A stretch of 61,815 bases of DNA, filler included, from Choristocarpus tenellus KU-1152 (lineage: Eukaryota > Protista > Phaeophyceae): assembly GCA_964200185.2 (NCBI GenBank). It is 11 parts of 11 records of this genome, joined end to end, with 100 filler letters (N's around TTAATTAATTAA, not from the genome) between each part and the next. Parts side by side here need not be neighbours in the genome. Positions count along the whole stretch, not along the records: positions 50,592 to 58,846 come from CAXNAD020004930.1; positions 58,947 to 61,815 come from CAXNAD020024068.1; 9 more parts are not named here. One strand, given 5' to 3'. Within the stretch, counting starts at the first letter, position 1; every line of letters starts with the position of its first letter. Shown here piece after piece: positions 51,116 to 61,815 of the stretch. Both the position numbers and the translations under genes were made by a program. The notes under the pieces were generated by a model that was not told where the DNA came from, did no database searches, and saw only the letters and a program-made list of their open reading frames with translations.

Positions 51116-54100
51116 CTTGATTCCAGCCCCTTGGCCAACCTGACCACTGCCACGTTTGATGTAGGACCCCTGTTTACACCGTTCTAGGATGTTTGCCACA
51201 GCGCCAAGAACCTGTTTGAAAGGAGAGGAGCACCTATCAACTGAACCTGCGTAGTGGGAACAGGCTGTCCATGGTTTGTTTCGCTTACATCACATCACAT
51301 CACATTACATCACGTTGTCCACAGATTTCTCATCGATGTATGGTGGATGCCTTGGGCACTCCTTAAAAGTTACTTCCTCTCCCCCCTCCAGTTATCAACT
51401 TGAAGATTTCATACTACGGACAGAAAAAAACCAAGTATGGACACAGACCGAAGTGATTTTATCACCGGTGAGAGCACTAAGTTGAAGTAAGGCATGGCAT
51501 ATTGAGCAGGTCACCCTTTTGCAACAGGTGCAACATTTGTTTTGGAGTGGTGAACCTATAAGAGCTGATCACGTTCTTTCTTTAATGCTTTTTTGTGCCC
51601 ACTTGTGCAAGGACACTATAGGGTAAGGGTTAGCGATCCTCGATTATTTTGTTGATGTTGGCTGACTCTTTGGCGTATTGGTTGGATTGGGTCGTGTGTA
51701 TGCGTGAATACAACCCTAACCCTAACCCCAAAGACCAAAAGGCCATCCACACAGAAAATAAAAAGCTGGGTGGTTCAACGATTCGTGGGGGACATCTGAG
51801 TACAATTATATCTATCCACTCAGAAGTGGCAGTGATTGGAAAACATGGTTCTGGTTTTACCCTCTCTTAATTCCAGGTGACAGTTACATCTATCAGCTCT
51901 GGTCTCTTTCATCAATAGCAGGCACGAATGCATAGAGAAGGTGACACCAATTTCTGTATAAAGTAGAGAACATCAATCAAGGCAAGAAAAAAACTTAGAG
52001 AGCCACAAGAAAATCATGTATACTTTTTTATGAGCTGTCGCCGGTTTTGACTTCTTGCCGCCAAGGCTGCATCCAAATTCAAGAATGGGCCCTCTGGGGT
52101 TTGGGGAGATGCATCAAGCATACTACAAAACAACTGTGGAGTCATTTTCAGCAATGGTCAACACATACTTACATACGTGTTTACAAACCTACCTAACGGC
52201 CTCTATGCCATAATGAACTGACAAGACGGATTCAACCCAATCCTCAACACTCTCCTTATTTCACACTACTATTTGTAATCAATTCAGCCCTAACCCTTTA
52301 CTTATTTTTTGTGGTTGATTTTCTTGAAGCGTTATGCAAACCTGTCCCATCTCCAGGCTGCGGTCAGACATGTTGCGGATCTTGTTGTCAACCTCATTCT
52401 GAAGCATCAGCACCTCCCGCCTTCCAATCTCCAATCGCTTCTGCAAACTGGCGATCTCATTGTTATCGTTCAGTATCTCATTCGCCCTGTGTCGCCCCAT
52501 ACCCCCGAGGAGCCAGTGCAAACGAGAGGTGCACAGGTTTCGGTCGTTTTTCATTTTGAGCCAAAGTATCTTAGAGGGCAGGGCCGCGTCCATTTGGGGG
52601 GTCAAAATCCAATGTTGCGATTTTGATGTAATTTTGGCTATCGTGTTTGTTAGGAAGTGTTATATCTTGTTCTAGACACACCTTTTCATAACGTATACAC
52701 TTTACCTACTCCGAAGCATTTTGGAGTAGGAAAATGTCATTAAAAAACCCATGGGAAGCCAAGTCCCAAATGGACAAAATAGGGCAAAACTCGTACCCTC
52801 CAAGATACTTTCACTCTTTTAAAAAAAGGGTTAGCCTAACCCTAACCCTATCCTTTGCGAAAAAAAGGTTTGTTTCTATGGATGGAGTTCTAAGTTTGAC
52901 TTGAGAGCGTTTATTTCTCTATTGTTTGATTTAAAAAAAATACAATTCAGAAGATATCCTACGAATATATTTATATATATTTTAAGGCCGAATTTTGCAT
53001 ATGTTTGTCAGCATCCTTGAGTCAAAGTATCTTGAAGGGTAGAGCCACGTCCGTTCAGGGGCCAAAATTCAATGTTGCGATTTTGATGTAATCTTAGCTA
53101 TCGTGTTTGTTAGAAAGTGTCAATATCCTTGTTCCGGACACACACATTTTCATAACGTAAACATTTTACCTACTCCAAAACATTTTGGAGTAGGTAAAAT
53201 GTCATGAAAAACCCCCCATGGAAAGCCAAGCCCCAAATGAACAAACAGGCCAAAACTCATACCCTCTGAGATACTTCCACTCCTTTATATGCAACTCTGA
53301 GTACCTCCCATTTACTTTGACTCGAGGTGTCAATCAATTGGGTCTACTGAGAAGTGTTCCTTTTTTTCGTTGTACAGGACTGGCCCATCCGTGCTGTTAA
53401 CTGATACACACCAATGTGACGAGGGTTTGTGCTTTTGGCGAAGTTATATAGGGGGGCACAAACGATTGATAACAACACAGTAGTATGTGGTGCAGTATTG
53501 ATCTAGTAGAGGGATGTTTGTTTGCGAGTGATTGACTGATCTTGTGAGCTACTGCTCTTGATTGAAGGCAAACTATAGTGAATAATCGACCATGTGCTGT
53601 GGTTGTTAAGCAGCTAACTCTACTGCGTTCCGAGAGAGTATTAATAAATCCTGAAGTGGACTAAACTTATATCAACCAAGTGGCACTACTCCCCTTTCCA
53701 GCGCGGTTTTGTTGTTAGAGAGGTTGTGTTAATTAACGTAAAACTAAACTAATTCTTGTGAGTTGAGTGCTCTTTTGCTTTGTTGTTTTTAAGTGGAGTG
53801 TGTGATCACCTTTTTCTTCCGTTGGCCTCAATACATTTCTTGCAAGTCATTAGAAAAGTTGGTACTATGTAACGCCTTCACTACAGAAAAAAACACTAAA
53901 AACAGGTAGACCACATAGATCTGGGTCCTGCTATTCGATGGGATCACAAAAAATCAAAGACCGAGAAAAAGCCCCCCTGCTGTCATGCTATCGCTTCAGT
54001 CCTTTTTAGTCAGATCTGTTCCCAAAATACGAGGATATATTGAGTATACATGGTAGCATGGCAGAAAGTGCAGTAAGCACAGTCTTGGAATCCTTGCCCT

Positions 54101-57100
54101 GACGGTCACAGTGAATCAGGATGCTTGTATCTTGACAACAAAATACTTCTACAAGTTTAAAATGTTGGTAACTATGCTACAAATAGTATCTTGGCACGGT
54201 CTTGCGCTTGGTACCATTACCCTATTGTCCATGTTCCACAGAAAAATAAATTGCCAAGGAGAAATAAAAAAAAAATGATATTGAGACCCATTACACAATC
54301 TCGAAAACCCTCTGGGACGGACAGGTTCTGAACAAGAAGATTTTTTTTTTACACAGTTGCAAGAGAAATAATACCAACAGCCTCAACCTTATCCCTGCTT
54401 GGTCCTGAGATACAGGACGGGTGCAAAAAATAGAAACAAAAACTACACTGCATCCATCGCTAAATCAATCAGATTCGTTTTTTATTTTTCCGATATTGCT
54501 GGTTTGAAACGTTGTGATTTGAATCGTGCTCGGCTCTTCTAAGTCATTCACACCCTCCAAAGGGGAGGTAACAGAAGTGGTAAAAAATGGAAAAGGAGGA
54601 GTGTGGGTCGTGGAAAGCCACTAAGAATAGTCCGATTTTTGTTTGTTAATAACACTAACGAAAGCAAGCACGCCAAAGAACCAGAAAGCACTAGAGTTCA
54701 ATAGTGTGTTGCCTGCCCTTACAAGGATGGTCTCTCACTATGCGAGGTTATAGAAGGATCAGGGCAGCCACAGCAGCAGTCCATGCCTGACATTGTTGGG
54801 CAGGTGAAGGACCACCATTGGGTACTACAGGATGGTAATGGGATAATGATTGGCGATATTAATTAGAGAGTTGGGCTAAGAGGATTCAAGCAACTCATTA
54901 GCATGCATCTCTGATACTCACTCCATTGTATCTAGCTTGATGGATGTAATAATGAATAATAATAATAATAATATTATATAATATATATATATATTTTGTA
55001 ATAATGGATGTTGCCTCAGAGAACGGCACTCAGAGTGGACAGTTTTGTTGGGTCCAAAGTAGTTCCAAGCATGGAAGGGTCATGCTGATATTCTTATTGA
55101 ATGTAGTGAGTTGTGGCACAACTGTAAATATAACATCAAGAACCAAAAAGCAACTGTGTATCACAAAGTCAACAACTACAACAGTAACCGTGACATCAAA
55201 AACACAACTCAACTGTACACCGGAATGTATCATATTATCATATGGAATTACAATCGTGAGTGTGCAGTAAGTATTTCCTGTATTACTTTACTTTTTGTCA
55301 AGAGCCGTAAGGTAATATCGAAATCCCCTTTGTGGTTGTTTCTCACTATGGCAACAGGTATAACTTACACTGTCGACATATCTCATGGTAAGAAATAGCA
55401 TTACATATAGTTAGCCAAAAACCTGCAATAACTAACCAATCTTCTAGTGAAAGTGGAACCATGTAGATCTCTGCAATTTTTCCCCGTTGACATTAACAGT
55501 AGCTAGTACTTTCTCCATTTGGAATTAAATGTAATACAAACTTTGTAGCCCTGATGAAGAAGCAACGTTCTTCTTCACATGTTCATATTCTATGGTTGAA
55601 TTATGCGCACACTAAAAGGTTGCCCACCGAAATCTCAATCAAAATGGGGCAACCTAAACCAATCTATGATTCCGCCCCTGAAGCCCTCCAAACACCATTC
55701 CAGCACAGTAGTTCGCCACAACCACTAGGGCATTCGGGGGAGCTTGCCCCCCTTCTCAGCCTTCCTTGCTAAGATGGGGAATTTTGAAGACAGTGCCACC
55801 CTTTGACCTCACCACTTCACCGTAGACTGCCAATAGGCTCTGCCAGACGCACTCTAGTGTCTCCTGGGGGTACATATCGAACATCTTCATTGTGGCCTCC
55901 ACCAACTCCTCTGTGTTGGTCACCCCCACATCTTCCTTCAGTTGCTGGATGGAATGAAAGAATCCCAATTCACTGACAGTGAGTTGGCTAGCTGGGACTC
56001 TATGATAATGTTGTCCCCCACTGCCTCCTTGATTGGCTCCATTATCCCCCCCTTGATGGCATGTGACTTTGCCCCATCCTGCTGCATGAACATGATGTGT
56101 CCTTACAGCCTACAGCCTACAGCCTACAGCCTACAGCCTACAGCCTAGGCATACAGCCTAAGCATGCGGGCCTGGATTGCTGGGATGACATCCTCGATCA
56201 TGAGCTTCTTTTGACCCTCTCCATCCACCGTGCCTGGCACAAGCACCATGGTACCCTTGGGGCGGTATTTGCTGGAGCGCTGAGCGACCTTAGTGCCCAT
56301 GATTGTCCACATCCTGATTTCCCTATCAAACCACACTCCGTTGGAGAGCTTCCTAGGGTGGGCCATAACTGCAAGGAATATCACCTTCATAATGTAACAC
56401 TTATTCTGTGCCCGGTGCACACCTTGACCATCTTTGAGGATGTAAAACCACTTCTTGTCCATATGAAGCCAGTCATATAGATCATCTACTAATGCCCCAC
56501 TTTCCCCCCTCCTGTATGTGGCTGATAATGAAACCCACCCTGTTGACTTTCTGCTGGTCTGAGAGGACTAGCTTTATCCACCGCTTGACCGTCTTCACCT
56601 TTTCCCGCTTGCACAGATCTCATAATGAGGCAAGGGAAACTCCAGCTTTGCCCCCCCATTTGTAGAAGGATGAGCAGTGTACTGATGGGACACCCCAAAC
56701 ATTGAGGATGCTTGTACAGCAGCCGCATTGACCCTTGCGACACCGCACAAGGTCCATGCATTCACCCTGTGCGATCTGACTGTCAAACTTGTTCAGATGA
56801 TGGAACACGGTGATTCGGGAAATTCTAAAGTCCTCCACGATGGACACTGCCATCCCCCGAGGTATCCAAGTTTTGCACCCTCTTGCCTCCAGGTACTGCG
56901 CCACCATATTGTTCTTCATCGGGATGTTTGACTCTGGAATCCGGACAGACTTTTGGGCCGAAGGATTGAGATCGATGGACGACAATGGAATGAGCGAGCC
57001 ACTTGAACGATGGGGACGTTTCATCCTAGGCATCCCAACAAGATCCGCTTTGAGAGTTGCAGGAGGTTTATAGCCCTGTCAAAAACGACTTGGTCGACTT

Positions 57101-57507
57101 TCCACTGGTAATCCTCCACAGTCATGATAGCCCACTATGTTACACTTTGCACACCTCCCAATCTATATGAGAACTAAGCCTTGTCTAGAGATTTATCACG
57201 TGGGTCGTTTTCGGGCGAGAGCAGAGCTTGCAAAAGTTATGTTACATTTAATTCCGAACGGGGGGGTTATTGTATTGTGTACCAGATACCTACGCACTAT
57301 ATTTCCAAAGTGGTCTCAACACCCGTCCACCCTTTTGTACTTTCACCTTTCCTTGGAATAGTTACCGTACTCTCCACGTAGCTGCTCTGTCTCCCCCTCG
57401 TCATGACCTTGTGCCTCAGTCAAGTCCTTGTTCGCATCCTTGAGTGTCTTGAATCGGTTCAGGAGGTCCTGCACTTCAGGGTAGTCCTCTGTTGCAGCCT
57501 CCACCAC
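51116..57507 (-). CDS. CCDC42: CCDC42/CFAP73-family flagellar coiled-coil protein, internal exons
   Basis: In-phase exons 57347-57507, 52342-52486 and 51116-51211: VVEAATEDYPEVQDLLNRFKTLKDANKDL...YSKER|ANEILNDNNEIASLQKRLE...SLEMGQ|VLGAVANILERC; family recognised from remembered motif pattern. Confidence 0.72.
52558..52816. mobile_element. MITE subfamily A, copy 5 (intronic)
   Basis: TIRs gagccaaagtatcttagaggg / ccctccaagatactttcactc; TTT(T) on both flanks. Confidence 0.95.
53019..53282. mobile_element. MITE subfamily A, copy 6 (intronic)
   Basis: TIRs gagtcaaagtatcttgaagggta / taccctctgagatacttccactc; CTT on both flanks. Confidence 0.95.
55756..57033 (-). mobile_element. Tc1/mariner (plant-type, DD39D-like) transposase pseudogene inside an intron
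   Basis: Ordered motifs DKKWFY, KVIFLAVMAHPR, AQRSSKYRPKGT, VIPAIQARM, QQDGAKSH, LGFFHSIQ, GGTVFKIPH; frameshifts and deletions; TIRs not found. Confidence 0.92.
56104..56158. repeat. (TACAGCC)n heptamer microsatellite within the transposase
   Basis: Six perfect units at 56104-56145 plus one at 56152-56158. Confidence 0.95.
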
Positions 57508-58777
57508 CTGGACCATGCCATTTGTGCGAAAAAGTTGAGAGAAAAAAATATTGGCGTCTTGATAAAGGAGTGCACTGGGGGTATTGAAAGGTCCTGAAGA
57601 TCAATTGTGGTCGTCCTGTGGTAGATATGATTGTGACAGTCCTTCTGCAGTATTCTGATGGCAAGGATGAAAGGTTGTCTGACTGTTGGATGAAGGCTAG
57701 ATCAAGAATATTTATAGGTAAGTGATCGGTCATAGTACACACTCAAACTCTTTTGGTTGCCCATGTATCTCGTACAGCTGGCAGTTATCCTACCACACAG
57801 CACTTGAATCAGGAGCTCTTTAGTTACCTTGCCGTCTGTGAAGCTTGATGTCTTGTAATTGTTGCAAATCTAAGAGAGTTGAGCTATAGCAATGCACATT
57901 TTGGGAGTAATCAGCACAACTCACAAGCAAAATACATCTAACTGCAATTATCTCGTTCTATATGTGGTGTTTACTTCTGACAATATAACCAGGTAAAAAA
58001 TTACGACTTTTGCTTCTAGTTGGTGTAACACTTGACACCTATCCCCCCAAATATTCAACTATTGGTGCCTGCATTAAAATTGAGGGACCTCTTCCAAATC
58101 TTGACAGTTGTCCGATTTTTAGAGGTTGCACGAAGAAAGTGACAAAGATCATACTTGGTTCTCAGAGAGACGAGGACTACACACAGAAACCTGTCCAGGT
58201 CGATTTTCGAGACTCAAAACCAATCAAGAGTTATCAACACCCCAAGTAAGGAGTCTCTGGATGGGGAATGGGAGAAACAAGGGGGCAAGAGGTCTGGCCA
58301 CAGAGGCACTTGCAGAGGAGGGGACACCACAAAAAAAGAGGGGGAGTGGGAGGCCAACCAAAGATGAGGCAAGGGCCTGCATGGCTGCTGCAGTGACAAG
58401 GAAGTGAGACTTGAATGCCAGACGGAATGCTCCAAGAGGAAAGGAAACCTGATGCCAAAGAGCAAATGGAGAAACTCAAGTGGGTCAGCAGAAAACGTAC
58501 TTTCCGAGAGCAGGCACGTGTACTGCTGATCCTGTACTACGAGTTTGTTATCTACAACTATATGGACCAAACTGAGACAGGGAAGGGTGTCCGCCTGGCA
58601 GCAGGAATGGGGACACGGCAAACTTTTTCGCATTGTAAAAGCTTTGAAGGAGAGAGGAGAGATCTTTTGCACCTCTGGGATTGGGAAGGGGATTGTTCAA
58701 GTGGACTTTGATATGAGGTGCAAGGTCCTTTGAGAGCAGCTCGACGAAATGGAACTTTTCATCTTTAAGCTGCACTC

Positions 58778-58846
58778 AGGGTCAAAGTATCTGGGGGGGG
58801 AGTGCCGGCGTCCGTTTTTCACCCTTTTTCGATTTTCACTTTTTTG
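58778..58846. mobile_element. MITE subfamily B fragment at contig end
   Basis: gggtcaaagtatctgggggggg...gtccgtttttcaccctttttcgattttcacttttttg matches 5844-5957. Confidence 0.88.
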
Positions 58847-59108
58847 NNNNNNNNNNNNNNNNNNNNNNNNNNNNNNNNNNNNNNNNNNNNTTAATTAATT
58901 AANNNNNNNNNNNNNNNNNNNNNNNNNNNNNNNNNNNNNNNNNNNNCCCCCCCCCCCCTCCCCTCCCCCCCCCTCCCCCCCCCCCCCCCCAAACACACAC
59001 ATTCTTGCAAGCCATCTTTCCCATCGTCCTCTTCTCGATTCATACCCATCCTTCTTGCTCTTCCTTTCCTTTCCTTTCCTTACAATATACCCACCAACAA
59101 GACTGATG

Positions 59109-59441
59109 TCACCCTTCTATCCTGGGTCCAAACAAGATCCACTTGCGCCTGCCCTTCTTGGTCGTGGCCTCCGTCGCCTCCCCCTCCTTTTCTGACATCT
59201 TCGCCTCAATAGCCATCAGGCGTTTCCCCGCCGCCAATGCTGCAGCCAAGGTCGCTGCTTCTTCATCGGCCGCCGTCTTTTTCTTGTTCTCAGCTTCAAG
59301 GCAAGACTCCACCTTCGCCCCCTCGGATTTACCAGGCACACCTTTGCCCTCTCCCATAGAGGAAGCCTCAACTGTGTCTGCTGCGCTATTCTCGGGAACA
59401 ATCTTGGCGGATACCTTGAGTCCGCTCTTGTGCAGATGGAC
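59109..59441 (-). CDS. Terminal exon of an unknown protein (candidate upstream exons near 61000-61210)
   Basis: 111-codon exon after a TAG acceptor, Ala/Glu/Lys-rich, ending KKGRRKWILFGPRIEG-stop; upstream AG/GT-bounded DLLAEVEQEAEEESQ. Confidence 0.6.
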   Translation of the reverse strand, partial: VHLHKSGLKVSAKIVPENSAADTVEASSMGEGKGVPGKSEGAKVESCLEAENKKKTAADEEAATLAAALAAGKRLMAIEAKMSEKEGEATEATTKKGRRKWILFGPRIEG

Positions 59442-60095
59442 CTAATTGATGACCCAGCCGGGGGAGGGTGGTGGGGGGAGGAAGAGGATGAGCACGTTCA
59501 ATTTCAAATTCAGTACAATATTTATTTACCATGTTCAACGGTATTAAAAAAAATTAAATGAAGGAGAAAACAGTAAGGGTGTAAAGTACGCAAAATAAAC
59601 AGGAGTAGTATCAATTACGTCTCGTGATTATACAAGGGGGGATCTGATCTGGTTGTTATTGTGAAGCGGAGGATAGCTTCTTTTTTTTTGTCCACTGCCG
59701 AATGAGTTACCTCCAGTACCTCTCACTGTGAAGGAAGTGGCTTGGAGCTAATGTCCGACCAATCAGACACACACTACGCAAAACAAACTTAACAGTTTTG
59801 TATTGAGTATTTTGAGCGTTTCAACTGACTGGGGGGTGCGTGTCGAATGCGTAGGTGGGTAAGACAAAAAGCAATACTGCATAATAGAACTCCCAAGACG
59901 TCAACATCAAGTCAAGAGATGCCAAGGAAGTAAGTGCCCTGCTCATCTCCGACAAAAATACATTGGACAACTACTACACATTACTGTACTAGTGTACTGT
60001 GGAGCATTTGATTCACTTCGAACCACTAGGTAGGAGGAAGATCGATCACAGCAGACTGTTGTACTAGATAACACTCCAAATGCACTAGAAGATAG

Positions 60096-60368
60096 TTCAA
60101 GAACTCACTTGAGGTATCACAATGTGTACCTTAACACATTTATTCACCTGATTTAATGCTTTGCGAAAAACTCTCCAATTTCTCACCAAGTGTCTTTATT
60201 ACTATTTGTACATACTTCTATTTTTTATGGCGCTGGTAAGTGCTTATTCAAGAACTAACTTGAGGTATCACAATGTGTACTTCAGCATATTTATTCACCT
60301 GCTTTCATGCTGCAAAACACTCTCCAATTTCTCACCAAGTGTCTTACTACTATTTATACATACATTTC
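60096..60368. repeat. ~151-bp tandem duplication (intronic)
   Basis: ttcaagaact(c/a)acttgaggtatcacaatgtgtac...ctctccaatttctcaccaagtgtctt at 60096 and 60247. Confidence 0.9.
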
Positions 60369-61815
60369 TAATAGCATTGATAAGTGCTTATCGCATCATT
60401 GCAATTGACTCATCCTCCAGAATGGGGGATGTGTGTCAATTGTCACAAGAGGAGCCAGTCAAGGTGCTGAGATGATGGGAGGTGTACTGGTCTCTAATAT
60501 CTTCAAGATGTTGACATACCATTGCTCTACCAAGATTGCAGCAACGGTACCTTCCTATCATTAAAATGGAAAGTGAGTTTCCATTTGCTAACCCCACTTC
60601 CAAGCAAGAAAATATATCATACTTGTCTTGAAAAAGCTAAGGACAACACATATCGCAGAGCAATCTACAAAGATAGGACCCACTTACACCTGTGTCTTTT
60701 ACTTTTCAAAAACGAACTCAGCGTAGTCAACAGCTCAACTCATCTCATTTGCACACAAAATTACTCACAGCTCTTTCATCACCAAAGAATCAGGGTACGC
60801 AGGGTACTTACCATTTTGAAAAAACAATAGAACTGAAGGTGGTCGATTACGCAAACACTTGTCGGGTTCCTCTTTAGTGGAAGATACTATTCATTCATTA
60901 ACACAGAGGAGTATTTGCACAAGCACATGAAGAGTAGGAACTCACTGTACAAAGATGTAACAAGCGTAGATCACAGTATGTCTACTCATACAAGCTAAGG
61001 TCCTGAAGAACCTCACAAGTGGCAGCCAATTCGTCAAAGCTTGCAAACAATTGCACAAAGAGAGCTACACAGAAACATACACAATCAGGAGAGGGAGAAA
61101 GGGGGGGGGGGAAGAAGGATGTGGAGGTTTGTACATGAAGCAGCAATGATCGGTTACCCACCTGTGACTCTTCCTCTGCTTCCTGCTCCACCTCAGCCAA
61201 CAAGTCCTGCAAGGGTATCGATATCGAGGGTAGGGCGCCGTGAGATCATACTTTTGAAAGGCCTTGAATTGAAAAAAAAAAGGGGGTCCCCCAGGTGATA
61301 GATGGATCATGAGGTAGCTAGAGCTGCCAAAGACATACATAGAGGGGGGTTCGGTTCACTCTTCTAGAGTATGAGGGTTGAGTACATGAGAGTAAAAGGG
61401 GTAGTGGGGTTGATGAAAATGACTCGTTAAGTCTAACAAACTCGGTGTGAGGTCGGGTTGCGGTTTTATTCGTCAGCAACAGACACTGCTGCGTAACGAG
61501 ATGATGTCATTGGAAAAATGGGGTAGAGGACGATGGAGACCAAAAGAGAGTGGTCATGTAGCTGCTGGTACAATTGTTCACTTGATTGTTGAAGTTCCTG
61601 ATAGGGGTGGTTGTTTGCACCATGGAAGACTTACCATGCCATGGGCAGGTCCTACACCTTCCCTGTGCCACCCAGAACACGATCTGGCGCATTTTTTCTT
61701 TACCAAGAGGGAGGAGGCCCTACACTCTTAGTATTCATATATAAAATGCAACCCAGAACAGTAGAATATTCACCCCCCCCCAGGAAACAACACTTTGCAA
61801 CCACCCCCCATGACT

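Noticed and set aside
58385-58770. Possible transposase N-terminal fragment
   Set aside because: Frameshifted, with no diagnostic catalytic motif visible

Overview
Intron-rich eukaryotic genomic DNA, most likely from a brown alga or close ochrophyte relative (inferred from gene repertoire and TTAGGG tracts). It is not one continuous locus: ten identical 100-bp linkers (N44-TTAATTAATTAA-N44) join 11 separate contigs. Spliced gene fragments rebuilt by hand with phase-consistent GT-AG exons are a DNAJC9-like co-chaperone, NAP1, a PDI-like protein with a CEQC site and a CCDC42/CFAP73-like flagellar protein. There is also a laminin-B-like exon and several unknown genes. Two intronless repeat-protein genes stand out. 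One is a 14-repeat P-type PPR protein whose code residues predict an A/U-alternating RNA target, with a decayed pseudo-repeat tail after a nonsense codon. The other is a 16-repeat FNIP protein with a hypervariable dipeptide in each repeat. Mobile DNA includes two convergent Ty1/copia remnants, a plant-type mariner transposase relic and LINE/Harbinger-like fossils. A dense MITE superfamily has three subfamilies plus one chimera, sharing the terminus GRSYSAAAGTATCT with variable 3-bp target duplications. A roughly 187-bp three-monomer higher-order satellite is also present. No rRNA, tRNA or CRISPR array was recognised. No multi-gene novel system is demonstrable; the best leads are the PPR, the MITE superfamily, the FNIP hypervariability and the satellite.
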